64,000 nt of DNA from Chthoniobacterales bacterium. GTDB lineage: Bacteria > Verrucomicrobiota > Verrucomicrobiia > Chthoniobacterales > UBA10450. Positions 38,745 through 49,050 of this stretch are shown here, in pieces; positions within the stretch are counted from its first letter, which is position 1; each line of letters opens with the position of its first letter. The stretch is from positions 65-64,064 of the forward strand of contig DATLJP010000052.1 in the NCBI GenBank assembly GCA_035538875.1. Direction: 5' to 3'. The translations under genes and the position numbers were made by a program. Under the pieces are notes generated by a model. The model was not told where the DNA came from. It saw only the letters and a list, made by a program, of their open reading frames with translations, and did not search any database.

Positions 38745-39779
38745 ATGAGTCAAAAGAGCAAGCTGCGAATTGGGATCGTCGGAGCGGGGAACATCGTGAA
38801 GAAGCGGCATTTGCCCGCGCTGAAGAAAAACCCCGATGTCGATATCGTTGCCGTCTCGAACTCGACCTACGAAAGCAGCGAGCAGTTTTGCAAGGAACAT
38901 TGCAAAGGCGCCACACCGATGGCGAACTGGGCCGATCTGCTCGCGTTGCCCGATCTCGACATTATCTGGATCGGCACGCCCCCGTACATGCATTCGGCGG
39001 TTACGATTTCCGCGCTCGAAGCCGGAAAACATGTTTTTTGTCAGGCGCGCATGGCGATGGACCTGGCCGAAGCGGAGGAAATGCTTGCCGCCTCGAGACG
39101 TTATCCCGAGCTGGTGACGATGCTTTGTCCGCCGCCGTTTGGGATGCGTGCCGATCTACTGATCAAAAAATCGCTCGCCGAAAATTTCATTGGCAAACCG
39201 CACGCTGTGCGTCTGCAAAGTTTCACCGGCGTTTACTTGAATCCGGAAGCGCCTGCGCATTGGCGGCAGAAGATCGAGATCAGTGGGCTCAACGTCCTCA
39301 CGCTGGGAATTTACGTGGAAGTGATGCAGCGTTGGCTCGGCGACCTCGCCGGCGTGTTCGCGCGCGGAAAAATTTTGAACGCCGATCGGCGCGGTTACCA
39401 CGTCATCATTCCTGACATGCTCAACGTGCTTTGCGTTTTCGAAGACGGGGCTGAAGGCGTGCTCGAGTTCAGCGGCGTCCATGCTGGCGCGGCGAACGAT
39501 CGGTTGCGAATTTTCGGCGACCGCGGCGCGTTGCTTTACGATTTTACCAACGAACGCGTTCGCAGCGTGAAGTATGGCCGCCGCGAAATGGAGGACGTCG
39601 ACGTTCCAAAGGAGCTGGTCACCGAGTGGAGCGTGGAGAATGATTTCATCGCAGCGGTGAAATCAAAAGGCGGCGTCCGGCCGCGACCAAGTTTCGAGGA
39701 TGGCGTCCGTTACATGCGTGTCGTACAAGCCGTGGCCGACTCCCGCGCTCGTAACGAATGGGTCGACATTAAGAAGTAA
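38745..39779 (+). CDS. Gfo/Idh/MocA-family NAD(P)-dependent oxidoreductase
   Basis: N-terminal Rossmann LRIGIVGAGNIVKKRHLPAL and the EKP-like CQARMA region. Confidence 0.8.
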   Translation: MSQKSKLRIGIVGAGNIVKKRHLPALKKNPDVDIVAVSNSTYESSEQFCKEHCKGATPMANWADLLALPDLDIIWIGTPPYMHSAVTISALEAGKHVFCQARMAMDLAEAEEMLAASRRYPELVTMLCPPPFGMRADLLIKKSLAENFIGKPHAVRLQSFTGVYLNPEAPAHWRQKIEISGLNVLTLGIYVEVMQRWLGDLAGVFARGKILNADRRGYHVIIPDMLNVLCVFEDGAEGVLEFSGVHAGAANDRLRIFGDRGALLYDFTNERVRSVKYGRREMEDVDVPKELVTEWSVENDFIAAVKSKGGVRPRPSFEDGVRYMRVVQAVADSRARNEWVDIKK

Positions 39780-40236
39780 TCGCTCTTTCCTCCCGAATCA
39801 ACGGAGACGATGAGGGCTCTCACACGAGATGATTGATCATACTAATTACTTTGTGTGATCCGCGCTTCGGCTATGGACCCTTCGCTTGGGCCCAGGATGA
39901 CACGTGCGTGATATTCTGGTGATTGGGCGAGTCCCCTCTTCGCTGTCTCACTCCTGTTAGTGCTTGCGTCGTCGGTGCAAGTCCTGACTGTGCAGCCGGG
40001 TCGTAAGTTTGCAGCACGGCATGGTGTTCACGCTTGGCGATCGCTGACTCTTGCATCGACCGGAGCGGGACAATCACTCCTGTTACGATGGATCCTTTCG
40101 ATAAGCGACGAGGTAATAAAAGTTTCCCGACCATGCAGACCTCCGCGCGAACTGCGCCCGAGTTCTAGCATTGTGGCTCGCGAAGAGCAATTGTTCCGCG
40201 CTTGGAATTTAACCAAAATGATTCCAAAGTGGAGGT

Positions 40237-42291
40237 ATGCGAGCGGTTGGCTCACGTTCCCTCATTCAACGCGAAATTGGGAGCGATCGAGTGTGCATCC
40301 TCACGTTCGACCGGCCCGAATCAGGCGCGAACATTTTCGATGCCGCTACCATGTCGGAGCTCAGCGAGCATGTCGATGCGATCGAGCGCGACAGTTCGCT
40401 CCGCGGATTGATCATTACCTCGGCGAAGAAATCGATCTTTATCGCGGGCGCCGATTTGAAGACGTTACGCAGACAGGCCCAAACCGGTGAGATGCGCGAT
40501 TTCATCGCCGGAGGTCAGCGCGTTTTCAATCGCATCGCTGCGCTGAAGATTCCGACGGTGACGGCGATCCATGGCGCGTGTGCAGGTGGCGGGTACGAAA
40601 TCACGCTGGCGTGCGATTGGCGCGTCGCGTCCGACGATCCGGCCACGCGGATCGGATTACCGGAGACAACACTCGGTCTGATTCCAGCATGGGGCGGGAG
40701 CACGCGCTTGCCGCGATTGATTGGTGCGGAGAAAGCCGTCGAAGTGATTCTGAAGGGCAAGCTTTATTCTGCCGCGGAAGCGCAAAAGCTCGGTCTCGTC
40801 GACGAAATCGGACCCCGCGATCTGCTTCTCGATCTTGCTCGGAAAAAATTGGGCGAGGGAAAAAGAAAAGCTTCCACGCTGGCGAAAATGGAAAAGGAAA
40901 TCCCAACCCCACGCGCGAATGGCAACGCCGCGCCCGCGCGCGCCCTCGAGATCGTGAACAAGACGCTCACGATTTCGCCGGACGAATCGATGAAGCTCGA
41001 ACTCGATGCGATTGTTGATCTTGGCAAAACAGAATCGACCCAGAATTTGATCCGGAATTTCTTCCTGGCCGAAAAATACAAAAAAGGAGGTTCAAGCAAA
41101 CAATTCGACAAAGTTGCGCACGCGGCGGTGATCGGCGCCGGCGTGATGGGTTCCGGAATTGCGCAATGGCTGAGCTCGCGCGGCGTAACCGTGATTCTGC
41201 GCGACGTGAGTCGCGAAGTTCTCGATCGTGGGCTCGCAAACATCGAGCAGACTTACACCGATGCAGTAAAGCGCGGTTTGATGACGGAAGAGAAAGCCAA
41301 GCGGGGCCGCGCCCGCATCATTTGCTCGACCGCGCCGATGGAATTGCGCGACGTCGCATTCGTGATCGAGGCCGCGTCAGAGAAAATGGAGATCAAAAAG
41401 GAAATCTTCCGCGAGTTGTCGATGCAGGCGGGGCCAAAGACAATTATCGCGACGAACACGTCCGCGCTTCCGGTGAGCGAACTGGCCGACTGCACCGTGT
41501 CGCCTGATCGCGTGATCGGTTTGCATTTCTTTAATCCCGTCAGCCGAATGAAACTCGTTGAAGTTGTCGTCGCAAGGGAAAGCTCGGACGACACGAAAGA
41601 GCGCGCTCTGGCGTTCACGAGACAAATTGGGAAACTCCCGGTCGTCGTGCGCGACAGCCCCGGGTTTTTGGTGAATCGCGTTCTGTTTCCGTATTTGGTG
41701 GACGCCACTGAATTGTTCGAGGCCGGCGTTAACGCGGAGAAAATCGACCACGCGCTTCTGAAATGGGGAATGCCGATGGGGCCGTTGCGCTTGATCGACA
41801 AAATTGGAATCGATGTCACGGTCGATATCGCGACGACCCTTGAAAAAGCATACGGCCGGCGCGATCGCCCGCCAGAGATTTTGAGAAAGATGCGCGCAGC
41901 GAAATTGCTCGGTCCGAAAACGGGAAGTGGTTTTTACAAATACGAGGGCAAAGCTCAATCGCCTAACGAATCGCTGGCGCAATGGCGGCGTGACGATGCT
42001 CCAAAGGAAGATGTTGATCTGGCGAATCGTTTGATGTTTTTGATGGTCAACGAAGCCGCTCGTTGCATTGAAGAAAAAGTTGTCGAATCGCCTGCGGACG
42101 CTGATTACGGAATGATTCTCGGGACCGGATTTGCGCCGCATCGGGGCGGACCGTTGCGTTTCGCCGAAGATTTCGGCTTAGAGAAAATTGCCGAAGAAAT
42201 GAGCCGTCTCACCAAAACCGATGGCAAATTTGAGCCATGCGAGATCTTGAAGAAGCACGCGCGGGACGGAACGAAGTTCAACGAATCATGA
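40237..42291 (+). CDS. fatty-acid oxidation multifunctional protein (enoyl-CoA hydratase + 3-hydroxyacyl-CoA dehydrogenase), FadJ/FadB-like
   Basis: Crotonase motifs IFIAGADLK and GACAGGGYEITLACD, followed by the NAD-binding VIGAGVMGSGIAQW and HFFNP. Confidence 0.9.
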   Translation: MRAVGSRSLIQREIGSDRVCILTFDRPESGANIFDAATMSELSEHVDAIERDSSLRGLIITSAKKSIFIAGADLKTLRRQAQTGEMRDFIAGGQRVFNRIAALKIPTVTAIHGACAGGGYEITLACDWRVASDDPATRIGLPETTLGLIPAWGGSTRLPRLIGAEKAVEVILKGKLYSAAEAQKLGLVDEIGPRDLLLDLARKKLGEGKRKASTLAKMEKEIPTPRANGNAAPARALEIVNKTLTISPDESMKLELDAIVDLGKTESTQNLIRNFFLAEKYKKGGSSKQFDKVAHAAVIGAGVMGSGIAQWLSSRGVTVILRDVSREVLDRGLANIEQTYTDAVKRGLMTEEKAKRGRARIICSTAPMELRDVAFVIEAASEKMEIKKEIFRELSMQAGPKTIIATNTSALPVSELADCTVSPDRVIGLHFFNPVSRMKLVEVVVARESSDDTKERALAFTRQIGKLPVVVRDSPGFLVNRVLFPYLVDATELFEAGVNAEKIDHALLKWGMPMGPLRLIDKIGIDVTVDIATTLEKAYGRRDRPPEILRKMRAAKLLGPKTGSGFYKYEGKAQSPNESLAQWRRDDAPKEDVDLANRLMFLMVNEAARCIEEKVVESPADADYGMILGTGFAPHRGGPLRFAEDFGLEKIAEEMSRLTKTDGKFEPCEILKKHARDGTKFNES

Positions 42292-44222
42292 AATCGTCAC
42301 TGGACGCGCCCGCGAAACAAAACAGCGGGGAGCCGAAGGCCAAATCGCAAAAAGCCGTGCCTGCGTCGGTCATAGACACTTCCAAAATGTCGAAGGGGAA
42401 GCGCGAAGCGCTCGAGCTCGCCGAAGCGTCGCGCGATCCGCTGGATGAGCGTGGCAGTTTCGCGAGCAACCTCTTCATTGGCCGTTACGATTTTGATCGA
42501 ATTTATCCGTGGCCGGCGCAAAGCGTGGAAGATCGAGAAGCGGGAAAGGAGTTTCTCGCGAATCTCGAAAAATATCTCCGCGAGAATGTCGACCCCGACG
42601 AGGTCGATCGCACCGGCGAGATTCCGCAGAGGAACATTGACGATCTTTTCGCTATGGGCGCGTTCGGCGTCAAAATCCCGAAGCAGTACGCAGGACTCGG
42701 CTTGTCGCAGGTCAATTATGGGCGCGCCGCGATGTTGCTCGGGAGCTGGGACGAAAATCTCACAGCGCTTGTTTCGGCTCATCAATCGATCGGCGTTCCG
42801 CAGCCGCTGCTGCTTTTCGGAACGGACGAACAAAAGAAGAAGTACTTGCCGCGCGTCGCGCGCAAGGAAATCTCGGCATTCGCGCTAACGGAATGGAACG
42901 CCGGCTCCGATCCGGCGAACATGAGTTTGCGCGCCGACCCAACCGAAGACGGCTCGACGTTCATTTTAAACGGTGAAAAACTTTGGTGCACGAATCTGAT
43001 CAAGGCCGGTGTGCTCGTTGTCATGGCAGTGACACCGCCGAAGATCGTTAACGGCAGGGAGCGCAAACAAATCACTGCGTTCATCGTCGATATTGATTCA
43101 CCTGGGTTGGAGATCACATACCGTTGCCGGTTCATGGGATTGCGCGCGCTTTACAACGGCATCGTGAAATTCACGAACGTGCGCGTGCCGCGCGAAAATA
43201 TGATCGCGAAGGAAGGCCAGGGGCTAAAAGTCGCGCTGACGACTTTGAACACCGGTAGACTCACAATTCCCGCCGCCTGCGTCGGTTTGTCGAAACGTTT
43301 GCTTGAGATTTCGCGCAAATGGGCGAGCGAGCGAATTCAATGGGGCGGACCAATCGGACGACATTCAGCGATCGCCGGAAAAATTGCGGAGATGGCCGGC
43401 AACACTTTTGCGATGGAGGCGATCACGTTTCTGACTTCTGGCTTGGTGGATCGAAAGGCAGGCGATCTCCGAATCGAGACTGCGATGTGCAAACTGTGGT
43501 CGACCGAAACGACATGGAAAATTTCCGACGACGCGATGCAGGTGCGTGGCGGTCGCGGTTATGAAACGGCGCAATCGCTCAAAGGTCGCGGCGAAGAAGG
43601 AATCCCGGTCGAACGTTTCCTGCGCGATTGTCGGATTAATATGATTTTCGAAGGCTCGAGCGAAATCATGCGGCTTTTTATCGCCCGCGAAGCGCTCGAC
43701 CCACATTTGAAAGTCGGCGGTGCGATTTTCAACACGACTTTGCCAATGTCCGAGCGATTGAAAGCCGTGTTCACGTCGGGGAAATTTTACGCCGGATGGT
43801 ATCCGCGCCAGTGGTTCTCGACCGGTGCCGGCAAGGTTGACAGTCTCCATTGCGATCTGCGACGACACGTGAATTATTCCGCGCGAGCGAGCAAAAGACT
43901 CGCGCGCGGATTGTTTCATGCGATGGCGCGCTTTGGCCCGAAACTCGATCGCGAGCAACTTTTGCTTTCGCGCTTTGTCGGAATTGCGACCGAGCTTTTC
44001 GCAATCGCTGCGACCTGCTCCTTCGCCCAATACAAGATCGATCACGGCGAACCCACCGATGAAATTTTGTCGGCCGCGAATTACTTTTGCAATTCGGCGA
44101 AGGCGCGGATCGACCACTTCTTTGCCGGCACGCGCCGGAATCCGGACAAGCGCGGCTACCAGTTCACCCAGGAACTGCTGAGCGGGAAGCATTCCAGCTT
44201 ACGCGAGGGGATCGTCCGTTAA
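42288..44222 (+). CDS. large acyl-CoA dehydrogenase (FadE-like, with C-terminal extension)
   Basis: ALTEWNAGSDP, GGRGYE and FEGSSEIMR motifs. ATGA start/stop coupling with the fadJ-like gene at 42288..42291. Confidence 0.85.
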   Translation: MKSSLDAPAKQNSGEPKAKSQKAVPASVIDTSKMSKGKREALELAEASRDPLDERGSFASNLFIGRYDFDRIYPWPAQSVEDREAGKEFLANLEKYLRENVDPDEVDRTGEIPQRNIDDLFAMGAFGVKIPKQYAGLGLSQVNYGRAAMLLGSWDENLTALVSAHQSIGVPQPLLLFGTDEQKKKYLPRVARKEISAFALTEWNAGSDPANMSLRADPTEDGSTFILNGEKLWCTNLIKAGVLVVMAVTPPKIVNGRERKQITAFIVDIDSPGLEITYRCRFMGLRALYNGIVKFTNVRVPRENMIAKEGQGLKVALTTLNTGRLTIPAACVGLSKRLLEISRKWASERIQWGGPIGRHSAIAGKIAEMAGNTFAMEAITFLTSGLVDRKAGDLRIETAMCKLWSTETTWKISDDAMQVRGGRGYETAQSLKGRGEEGIPVERFLRDCRINMIFEGSSEIMRLFIAREALDPHLKVGGAIFNTTLPMSERLKAVFTSGKFYAGWYPRQWFSTGAGKVDSLHCDLRRHVNYSARASKRLARGLFHAMARFGPKLDREQLLLSRFVGIATELFAIAATCSFAQYKIDHGEPTDEILSAANYFCNSAKARIDHFFAGTRRNPDKRGYQFTQELLSGKHSSLREGIVR

Positions 44223-44674
44223 CCTGTTTCGCGCCAATGTCGCGAACGTTCCGGTGGTTCGCGATTCCGTGCATTCTTGCCTACTTCGTCTTGCGACCAG
44301 ACCGCTCTCGGGCTGACATTACGATCAATTTTTCAAGAATAAGGATGTGCCTGCTGCTCTGGCGAGTCATTACGGTCTCCAGAAAAGGTCCAAAACAATC
44401 GCTGCGCCTAGTTTGGGGGAACGCCGCACGGCCAACGCCAAAGAGATGGGACTCCTGACCGCGTGGGCCGAAAGCTTGCATGGAAGGAAGCGCGACCTGC
44501 TTAAATAGCGACGTGGAGGGCATGAAGGCTTTCACGGCCGAGGTCGCGGAATTCGATGCCGCGCTCGCAAAAGCGACCGCGGAATAAAGCGCGATCTGGC
44601 CGCAAACACAAAAGAAGTAGGACGTCACCCCGCGTCCGGTTGACCAACTTCGCGCCAAAAGCTAATCTCAACGG

Positions 44675-46063
44675 ATGAGTATGCCGCCCATGCTCACCCA
44701 GGCGGCCCGCAGTTCGCGGCCGCGTTTGAGCAGGAGTAAAAATAGAAAATCTGTCGGTCCGGCGCGTGTTTTGGACACGCTCAGCAGGCACATTTTGCTC
44801 GATGGTTTCAAGATTGTTCTCGACCAGGAAAGGAGCTCCGGCTCGCATCTGGTAGACGCCGCGAACGGCCATCGCTTGATCGATCTTTACGGTTTCTTCG
44901 GATCGCTGACGATCGGATTTAACCATCCCTACTTCGATCAACCAGAAGTGCAGCGCGATCTGCTGCGCGCGGCGAAGGCGAAGGTCGCCAACTCGGACGT
45001 TTATTCGGAATCCTACGCGGAATTTGTGGAAACGTTTGCGCGCGTTGCCGGCTTGCGGCCGTTAAGTAAATATTTGTTCATCGAAGGCGGTGCGCTCGCG
45101 GTCGAGAACGCGCTGAAAGCGGCGATGGATTGGAAAGTGCGAAAGAACATGGCCGCCGGTCATGGCGAACGCGGCACGCAAGTTTTGCATTTCCGGCACG
45201 CGTTTCATGGACGCAGCGGTTACACCATGAGCCTAACCAATACCGATCCGCGCAAGACAGATTTGTTCGCGAAATTTGATTGGCCGCGCGTCTCGTGTCC
45301 GCACATCGATTTTTCGTTGGCTGAGCCTGAGCGCGAAAAGGACGTGATCGCGCGCGAGAAAAAAGCCGAGCAGGAAATCCGCGATTGGATTGACAAACGC
45401 CGGATCGACATCTGCGCCATTATTATCGAGCCGATCCAGGGCGAAGGCGGCGACAATCATTTCCGTGGCGAATGGTTGAAGAAACTTCGACGAATCTGCG
45501 ACGAAAACGATATCCTGCTCATTTTTGACGAAGTGCAATGCGGCATGGGCGCCACTGGAAAAATGTGGTGCTGTCAGCATTTCGACATCCTGCCAGATCT
45601 GCTTTCGTTTGGGAAAAAGGCCCAAACATGCGGCGTGATGGCTGGTCCGCGGCTCGATGAAGTGAACGACAACGCCTTCCGGTTGCCCAGCCGATTGAAT
45701 TCGACCTGGGGTGGAAATCTGACCGATATGGTCCGATCGATGCATTACATGCACATCATTGAAAAAGAATTTCTGGTCGAGAACGCAGCCAAGGTTGGCG
45801 CGTATTTTTTGGATCAGCTGTGCGACCTGCAGCGTTACGAACCAATGATCACTGCTGTGCGCGGTCGCGGCTTGTTCCTCGCGTTTGATCTCCCAGATGC
45901 GGACACGCGCGAGCGATTTTGGAAGGGCTTGTTCGATCTTGGCGTGCTGGCTTTGCGTTCCGGCGAACGCTCGATTCGTTTTCGTCCGGCGCTCGATATC
46001 ACCGCCGAAGTTGTGGATGAAGCGATGGGTTTAATTCGGCAATATTGCCGCAAACGCAAATAG
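44675..46063 (+). CDS. lat: L-lysine 6-transaminase (lysine epsilon-aminotransferase), class III PLP
   Basis: Blocks match characterised LATs as I remember them: GGALAVENALKAAMDWK, FHGRSGYTMSLTNT, EPIQGEGGDNHF, LIFDEVQ, SFGKKAQTCGVMAG, PSRLNSTWGGNLTDMVR. Confidence 0.8.
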   Translation: MSMPPMLTQAARSSRPRLSRSKNRKSVGPARVLDTLSRHILLDGFKIVLDQERSSGSHLVDAANGHRLIDLYGFFGSLTIGFNHPYFDQPEVQRDLLRAAKAKVANSDVYSESYAEFVETFARVAGLRPLSKYLFIEGGALAVENALKAAMDWKVRKNMAAGHGERGTQVLHFRHAFHGRSGYTMSLTNTDPRKTDLFAKFDWPRVSCPHIDFSLAEPEREKDVIAREKKAEQEIRDWIDKRRIDICAIIIEPIQGEGGDNHFRGEWLKKLRRICDENDILLIFDEVQCGMGATGKMWCCQHFDILPDLLSFGKKAQTCGVMAGPRLDEVNDNAFRLPSRLNSTWGGNLTDMVRSMHYMHIIEKEFLVENAAKVGAYFLDQLCDLQRYEPMITAVRGRGLFLAFDLPDADTRERFWKGLFDLGVLALRSGERSIRFRPALDITAEVVDEAMGLIRQYCRKRK

Positions 46064-46065
46064 CG

Positions 46066-47601
46066 ATGCAATCAGTCTTTGAGAAGCTCGCGCTGAGCGG
46101 GGATAACGCAGGAGTCTTTGACGGCGAATGGCGCGGCGGCGGCGCGAAAATCGATAAGTTCTCGCCAATCGATGGGACGAAACTAGCGAGCGTTCGGACT
46201 GCGTCGGACGATGATTACAAAAGGGCAATCGTGCGCGCGCAGGAAGCGTTTGAGAAATGGAGAAAAACTCCCGGACCGGTGCGTGGTGATACTGTTCGCC
46301 GCTTAGGAAACGCTCTTCGCGATTTGAAACACGAGCTTAGCCAGCTCGTGACACTTGAGACCGGGAAGATCATCGCCGAAGGGGAAGGCGAAGTGCAGGA
46401 GATGATCGACATTTGCGATTTTGCGGTCGGCCAATCGCGGATGCTTTACGGGCTGACGATTCAATCCGAGCGGCCGAGTCACCGTCTGATGGAACAGTGG
46501 CATCCGCTCGGCCTCGTCGCCGTGATCACTGCGTTTAATTTTCCGGTCGCGGTCTGGTCCTGGAACGCGGCACTCGCTGCTGTTTGCGGCGACGCAACAA
46601 TTTGGAAGCCGTCAGAGAAAACTCCGCTGACTGCGATTGCAGTGACAAAGATTGCCGAGCGGGTTTGCCGCGAAGCCGGAGCTGATCCGGCGATTTTTAG
46701 CTTACTGATTGGAGATCGCAGGACAGTTGGCCAAAAATTGGCGGACGATGCCCGAATTCCTTTGATCTCGGCGACCGGTTCAGTCGCGATGGGACTGAAC
46801 GTTGCGAAAACGGTTCATGGTCGCCTTGGCAGGACGATCATGGAGCTCGGCGGCAATAACGCTCTGATTGTCGCGCCGACCGCCGATATCGATCTAGCGA
46901 TGGAATCAATTTTCTTCGGCGCAGTCGGAACGGCCGGTCAACGTTGCACTTCGACGCGGCGCGTGATCATGCATGAGTCGGTCGCGGACAAAGTCCGCCA
47001 AAAATTACTGCGCGCATACAAATCGCTCCCGATCGGAAATCCGCTCGATCGAAAAACTTTGATGGGGCCGTTGATCGACAAAAAAGCGGTCGATGCGGTG
47101 CAGGATTCGATTCAGAAACTGAAAGCCGAAGGCGGCGAAGTTCTTTACGGCGGCGAACCGATGGATTTGCCGGGCGGCTGCTATATGAAGCCGTGCCTCG
47201 CAAACGCAAAACCGAATTTCAGAATTGTGCAGGAAGAAACGTTTGGGCCGCTGCTTTATTTGATGACATATCGCGATTTTGATGAAGCGATCGCGATACA
47301 AAACGGCGTGCCGCAGGGCCTAACGAGCTCCATTTTCACAAATGACGTGCGCGAAGCGGAGAGATTTGTCAGTGCGGTTGGCAGCGATTGCGGCATTGCG
47401 AATGTGAACACCGGCACGAGTGGTGCCGAGATCGGCGGTGCGTTCGGTGGCGAAAAGAATACGGGAGGCGGGCGTGAGAGCGGCAGCGATTCATGGAAGA
47501 GCTACATGCGCCGACAAACCAACACGATTAACTTCTCCTCCGAGCTTCCGCTGGCTCAGGGAATCCAGTTTGGCGCGGGCGAAGGAAGCGGAGCGGTTTA
47601 A
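46066..47601 (+). CDS. pcd: delta-1-piperideine-6-carboxylate / 2-aminoadipate-6-semialdehyde dehydrogenase (ALDH7 family)
   Basis: ALDH7-type N-terminus (GVFDGEWRGGG...SPIDG), with ELGGNNA and GTAGQRCTSTRR catalytic motifs. The gene starts 3 nt after lat. Confidence 0.8.
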   Translation: MQSVFEKLALSGDNAGVFDGEWRGGGAKIDKFSPIDGTKLASVRTASDDDYKRAIVRAQEAFEKWRKTPGPVRGDTVRRLGNALRDLKHELSQLVTLETGKIIAEGEGEVQEMIDICDFAVGQSRMLYGLTIQSERPSHRLMEQWHPLGLVAVITAFNFPVAVWSWNAALAAVCGDATIWKPSEKTPLTAIAVTKIAERVCREAGADPAIFSLLIGDRRTVGQKLADDARIPLISATGSVAMGLNVAKTVHGRLGRTIMELGGNNALIVAPTADIDLAMESIFFGAVGTAGQRCTSTRRVIMHESVADKVRQKLLRAYKSLPIGNPLDRKTLMGPLIDKKAVDAVQDSIQKLKAEGGEVLYGGEPMDLPGGCYMKPCLANAKPNFRIVQEETFGPLLYLMTYRDFDEAIAIQNGVPQGLTSSIFTNDVREAERFVSAVGSDCGIANVNTGTSGAEIGGAFGGEKNTGGGRESGSDSWKSYMRRQTNTINFSSELPLAQGIQFGAGEGSGAV

Positions 47602-49031
47602 CGAGCCGTCGTTAGTTCGAAAAGCCCGCCGAGATCTTTGGCGGTATCAATGCTCATAATGCATTTCTGCAACTTTATGCATTGATTCTTGCCGATCACG
47701 TCGCCGCCGAGCGCGGTGAATTTCACCGCAATCTCATCCTCGGTCATCGGATCGCGGGGGTCGCCCTTCGGAACATCGACCTGCGTGAAGTGCGACTTGC
47801 CGTCATTGGTCGTAATCGTCACGCGGCTCGGCTGAAACTTCGGAAAGAGCGCTTCAAATTCTTCGTTCGCGACCACTTTCACTTTGTCCATGATTGGAAC
47901 GAGGGACCTATCGCGAACACGTTCTTCCTTGAATTGCAACGGCGTTACCATTCCGTCAACGAGTCCGACGGCCATGCAATAAGGCAGCGAATGGTCGGCC
48001 GTTTCTTTTGATTCAGGACGATATTTGTGCGGATCGCCGAGGATGTCGGCGGCACGCGCAATCACTTCGACTTTGATTTCTTTCACGTCGTCGGCCTCGA
48101 TCTTATGTTCTTTGACCGTCTTCATCATCGCGGTCAACGGCGCGTGACTCAGCGCTTCGATCGGAAAACTTTTCATCCCGCAATCGAGAATCCGGTAGTG
48201 AGACTTCGGTGAATGCGGAAGATCTTTGACCAATTCCTCGTCGTCGAACGCTGCGGGCTGACCTTTGTATTGAACATGGTGGAATACAGCGAACAGTCCT
48301 TCCTTGCCGTCAATGATGTGCTCTGGTCCGGAAAATCCGGCGCGGGCGAGCAGCGCGCTTTCTGCGCCCATGCGACCGGCCCACGGATCGACCGTGTTCT
48401 TCATGTTGGTGAGCTTTCCGGCAGTCACTGCTCCCGGACAAAACGTGCGCGCCGCGCTAATGCCGATGGCCGAGACCATTTGATCGCCAGTGAGATTCAA
48501 GACGCGGCCGGCTGCGACCGGCGCTGCGAACGCGCTCAACGTCGCATGATGCCAGCCATATTCGCGCACTCCGGGTCGCCCGATTTCGCAGAGACGCATT
48601 TCAATTTCGTAGGCAATGATTGTTGCCAAAATCAGATCCTTGCCGCTCAATCCTTCGCTTTCGCAGAGCGCGAGCGGCGCCGCGATGAGATCGCTCGGAT
48701 GGCACGGGTCCGCTTTCCAATAAACGTCGTTGTAATCCATTGCGCGGATCATGTGGCCGTTTAGAAACGCGGCATCGACCGGATTGGTTTTGAAGCCGGA
48801 GACGAATGCAGTCGCTTTGCCGTTGCCGCCGCCCATCGCCCGATAGTGTTTCAGCAAAATCTTCGCGTCGTCTTGCTGGCTGCCGCCCAGCGCGCAGCCG
48901 ATCGAGTCAAACCAAAATAATTTCGCAGCTTGGATCGCCTCCGTCGAAAGATGTTCGTATTTCAGCGTGCGCGCCCATTCAGCAATAACGCCCGATAGGA
49001 GACGTTTTGATTCAGTTGCGTGCTTTGCCAT
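47598..49031 (-). CDS. MmgE/PrpD-family dehydratase (2-methylcitrate-dehydratase-like)
   Basis: 477 aa from ATG 49031, with PrpD-like blocks (FDSIGCALGG, DYNDVYW, CHPSDLIAAPLA, GWHHATL). It is the last gene of the six-gene operon. Confidence 0.8.
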   Translation of the reverse strand: MAKHATESKRLLSGVIAEWARTLKYEHLSTEAIQAAKLFWFDSIGCALGGSQQDDAKILLKHYRAMGGGNGKATAFVSGFKTNPVDAAFLNGHMIRAMDYNDVYWKADPCHPSDLIAAPLALCESEGLSGKDLILATIIAYEIEMRLCEIGRPGVREYGWHHATLSAFAAPVAAGRVLNLTGDQMVSAIGISAARTFCPGAVTAGKLTNMKNTVDPWAGRMGAESALLARAGFSGPEHIIDGKEGLFAVFHHVQYKGQPAAFDDEELVKDLPHSPKSHYRILDCGMKSFPIEALSHAPLTAMMKTVKEHKIEADDVKEIKVEVIARAADILGDPHKYRPESKETADHSLPYCMAVGLVDGMVTPLQFKEERVRDRSLVPIMDKVKVVANEEFEALFPKFQPSRVTITTNDGKSHFTQVDVPKGDPRDPMTEDEIAVKFTALGGDVIGKNQCIKLQKCIMSIDTAKDLGGLFELTTAR

Positions 49032-49050
49032 GACGCTGTCGATGTTGTGA

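Noticed and set aside
39871-40134. 87-aa minus-strand ORF in the long intergenic tract
   Set aside because: It has no RBS, no motif and odd composition. The region is better treated as non-coding.
41377-42141. 254-aa minus-strand ORF (and similar ORFs at 41253..41819 and 43365..44192)
   Set aside because: These lie antisense to the clearly homologous fadJ-like and acyl-CoA dehydrogenase genes, so they are shadow ORFs.
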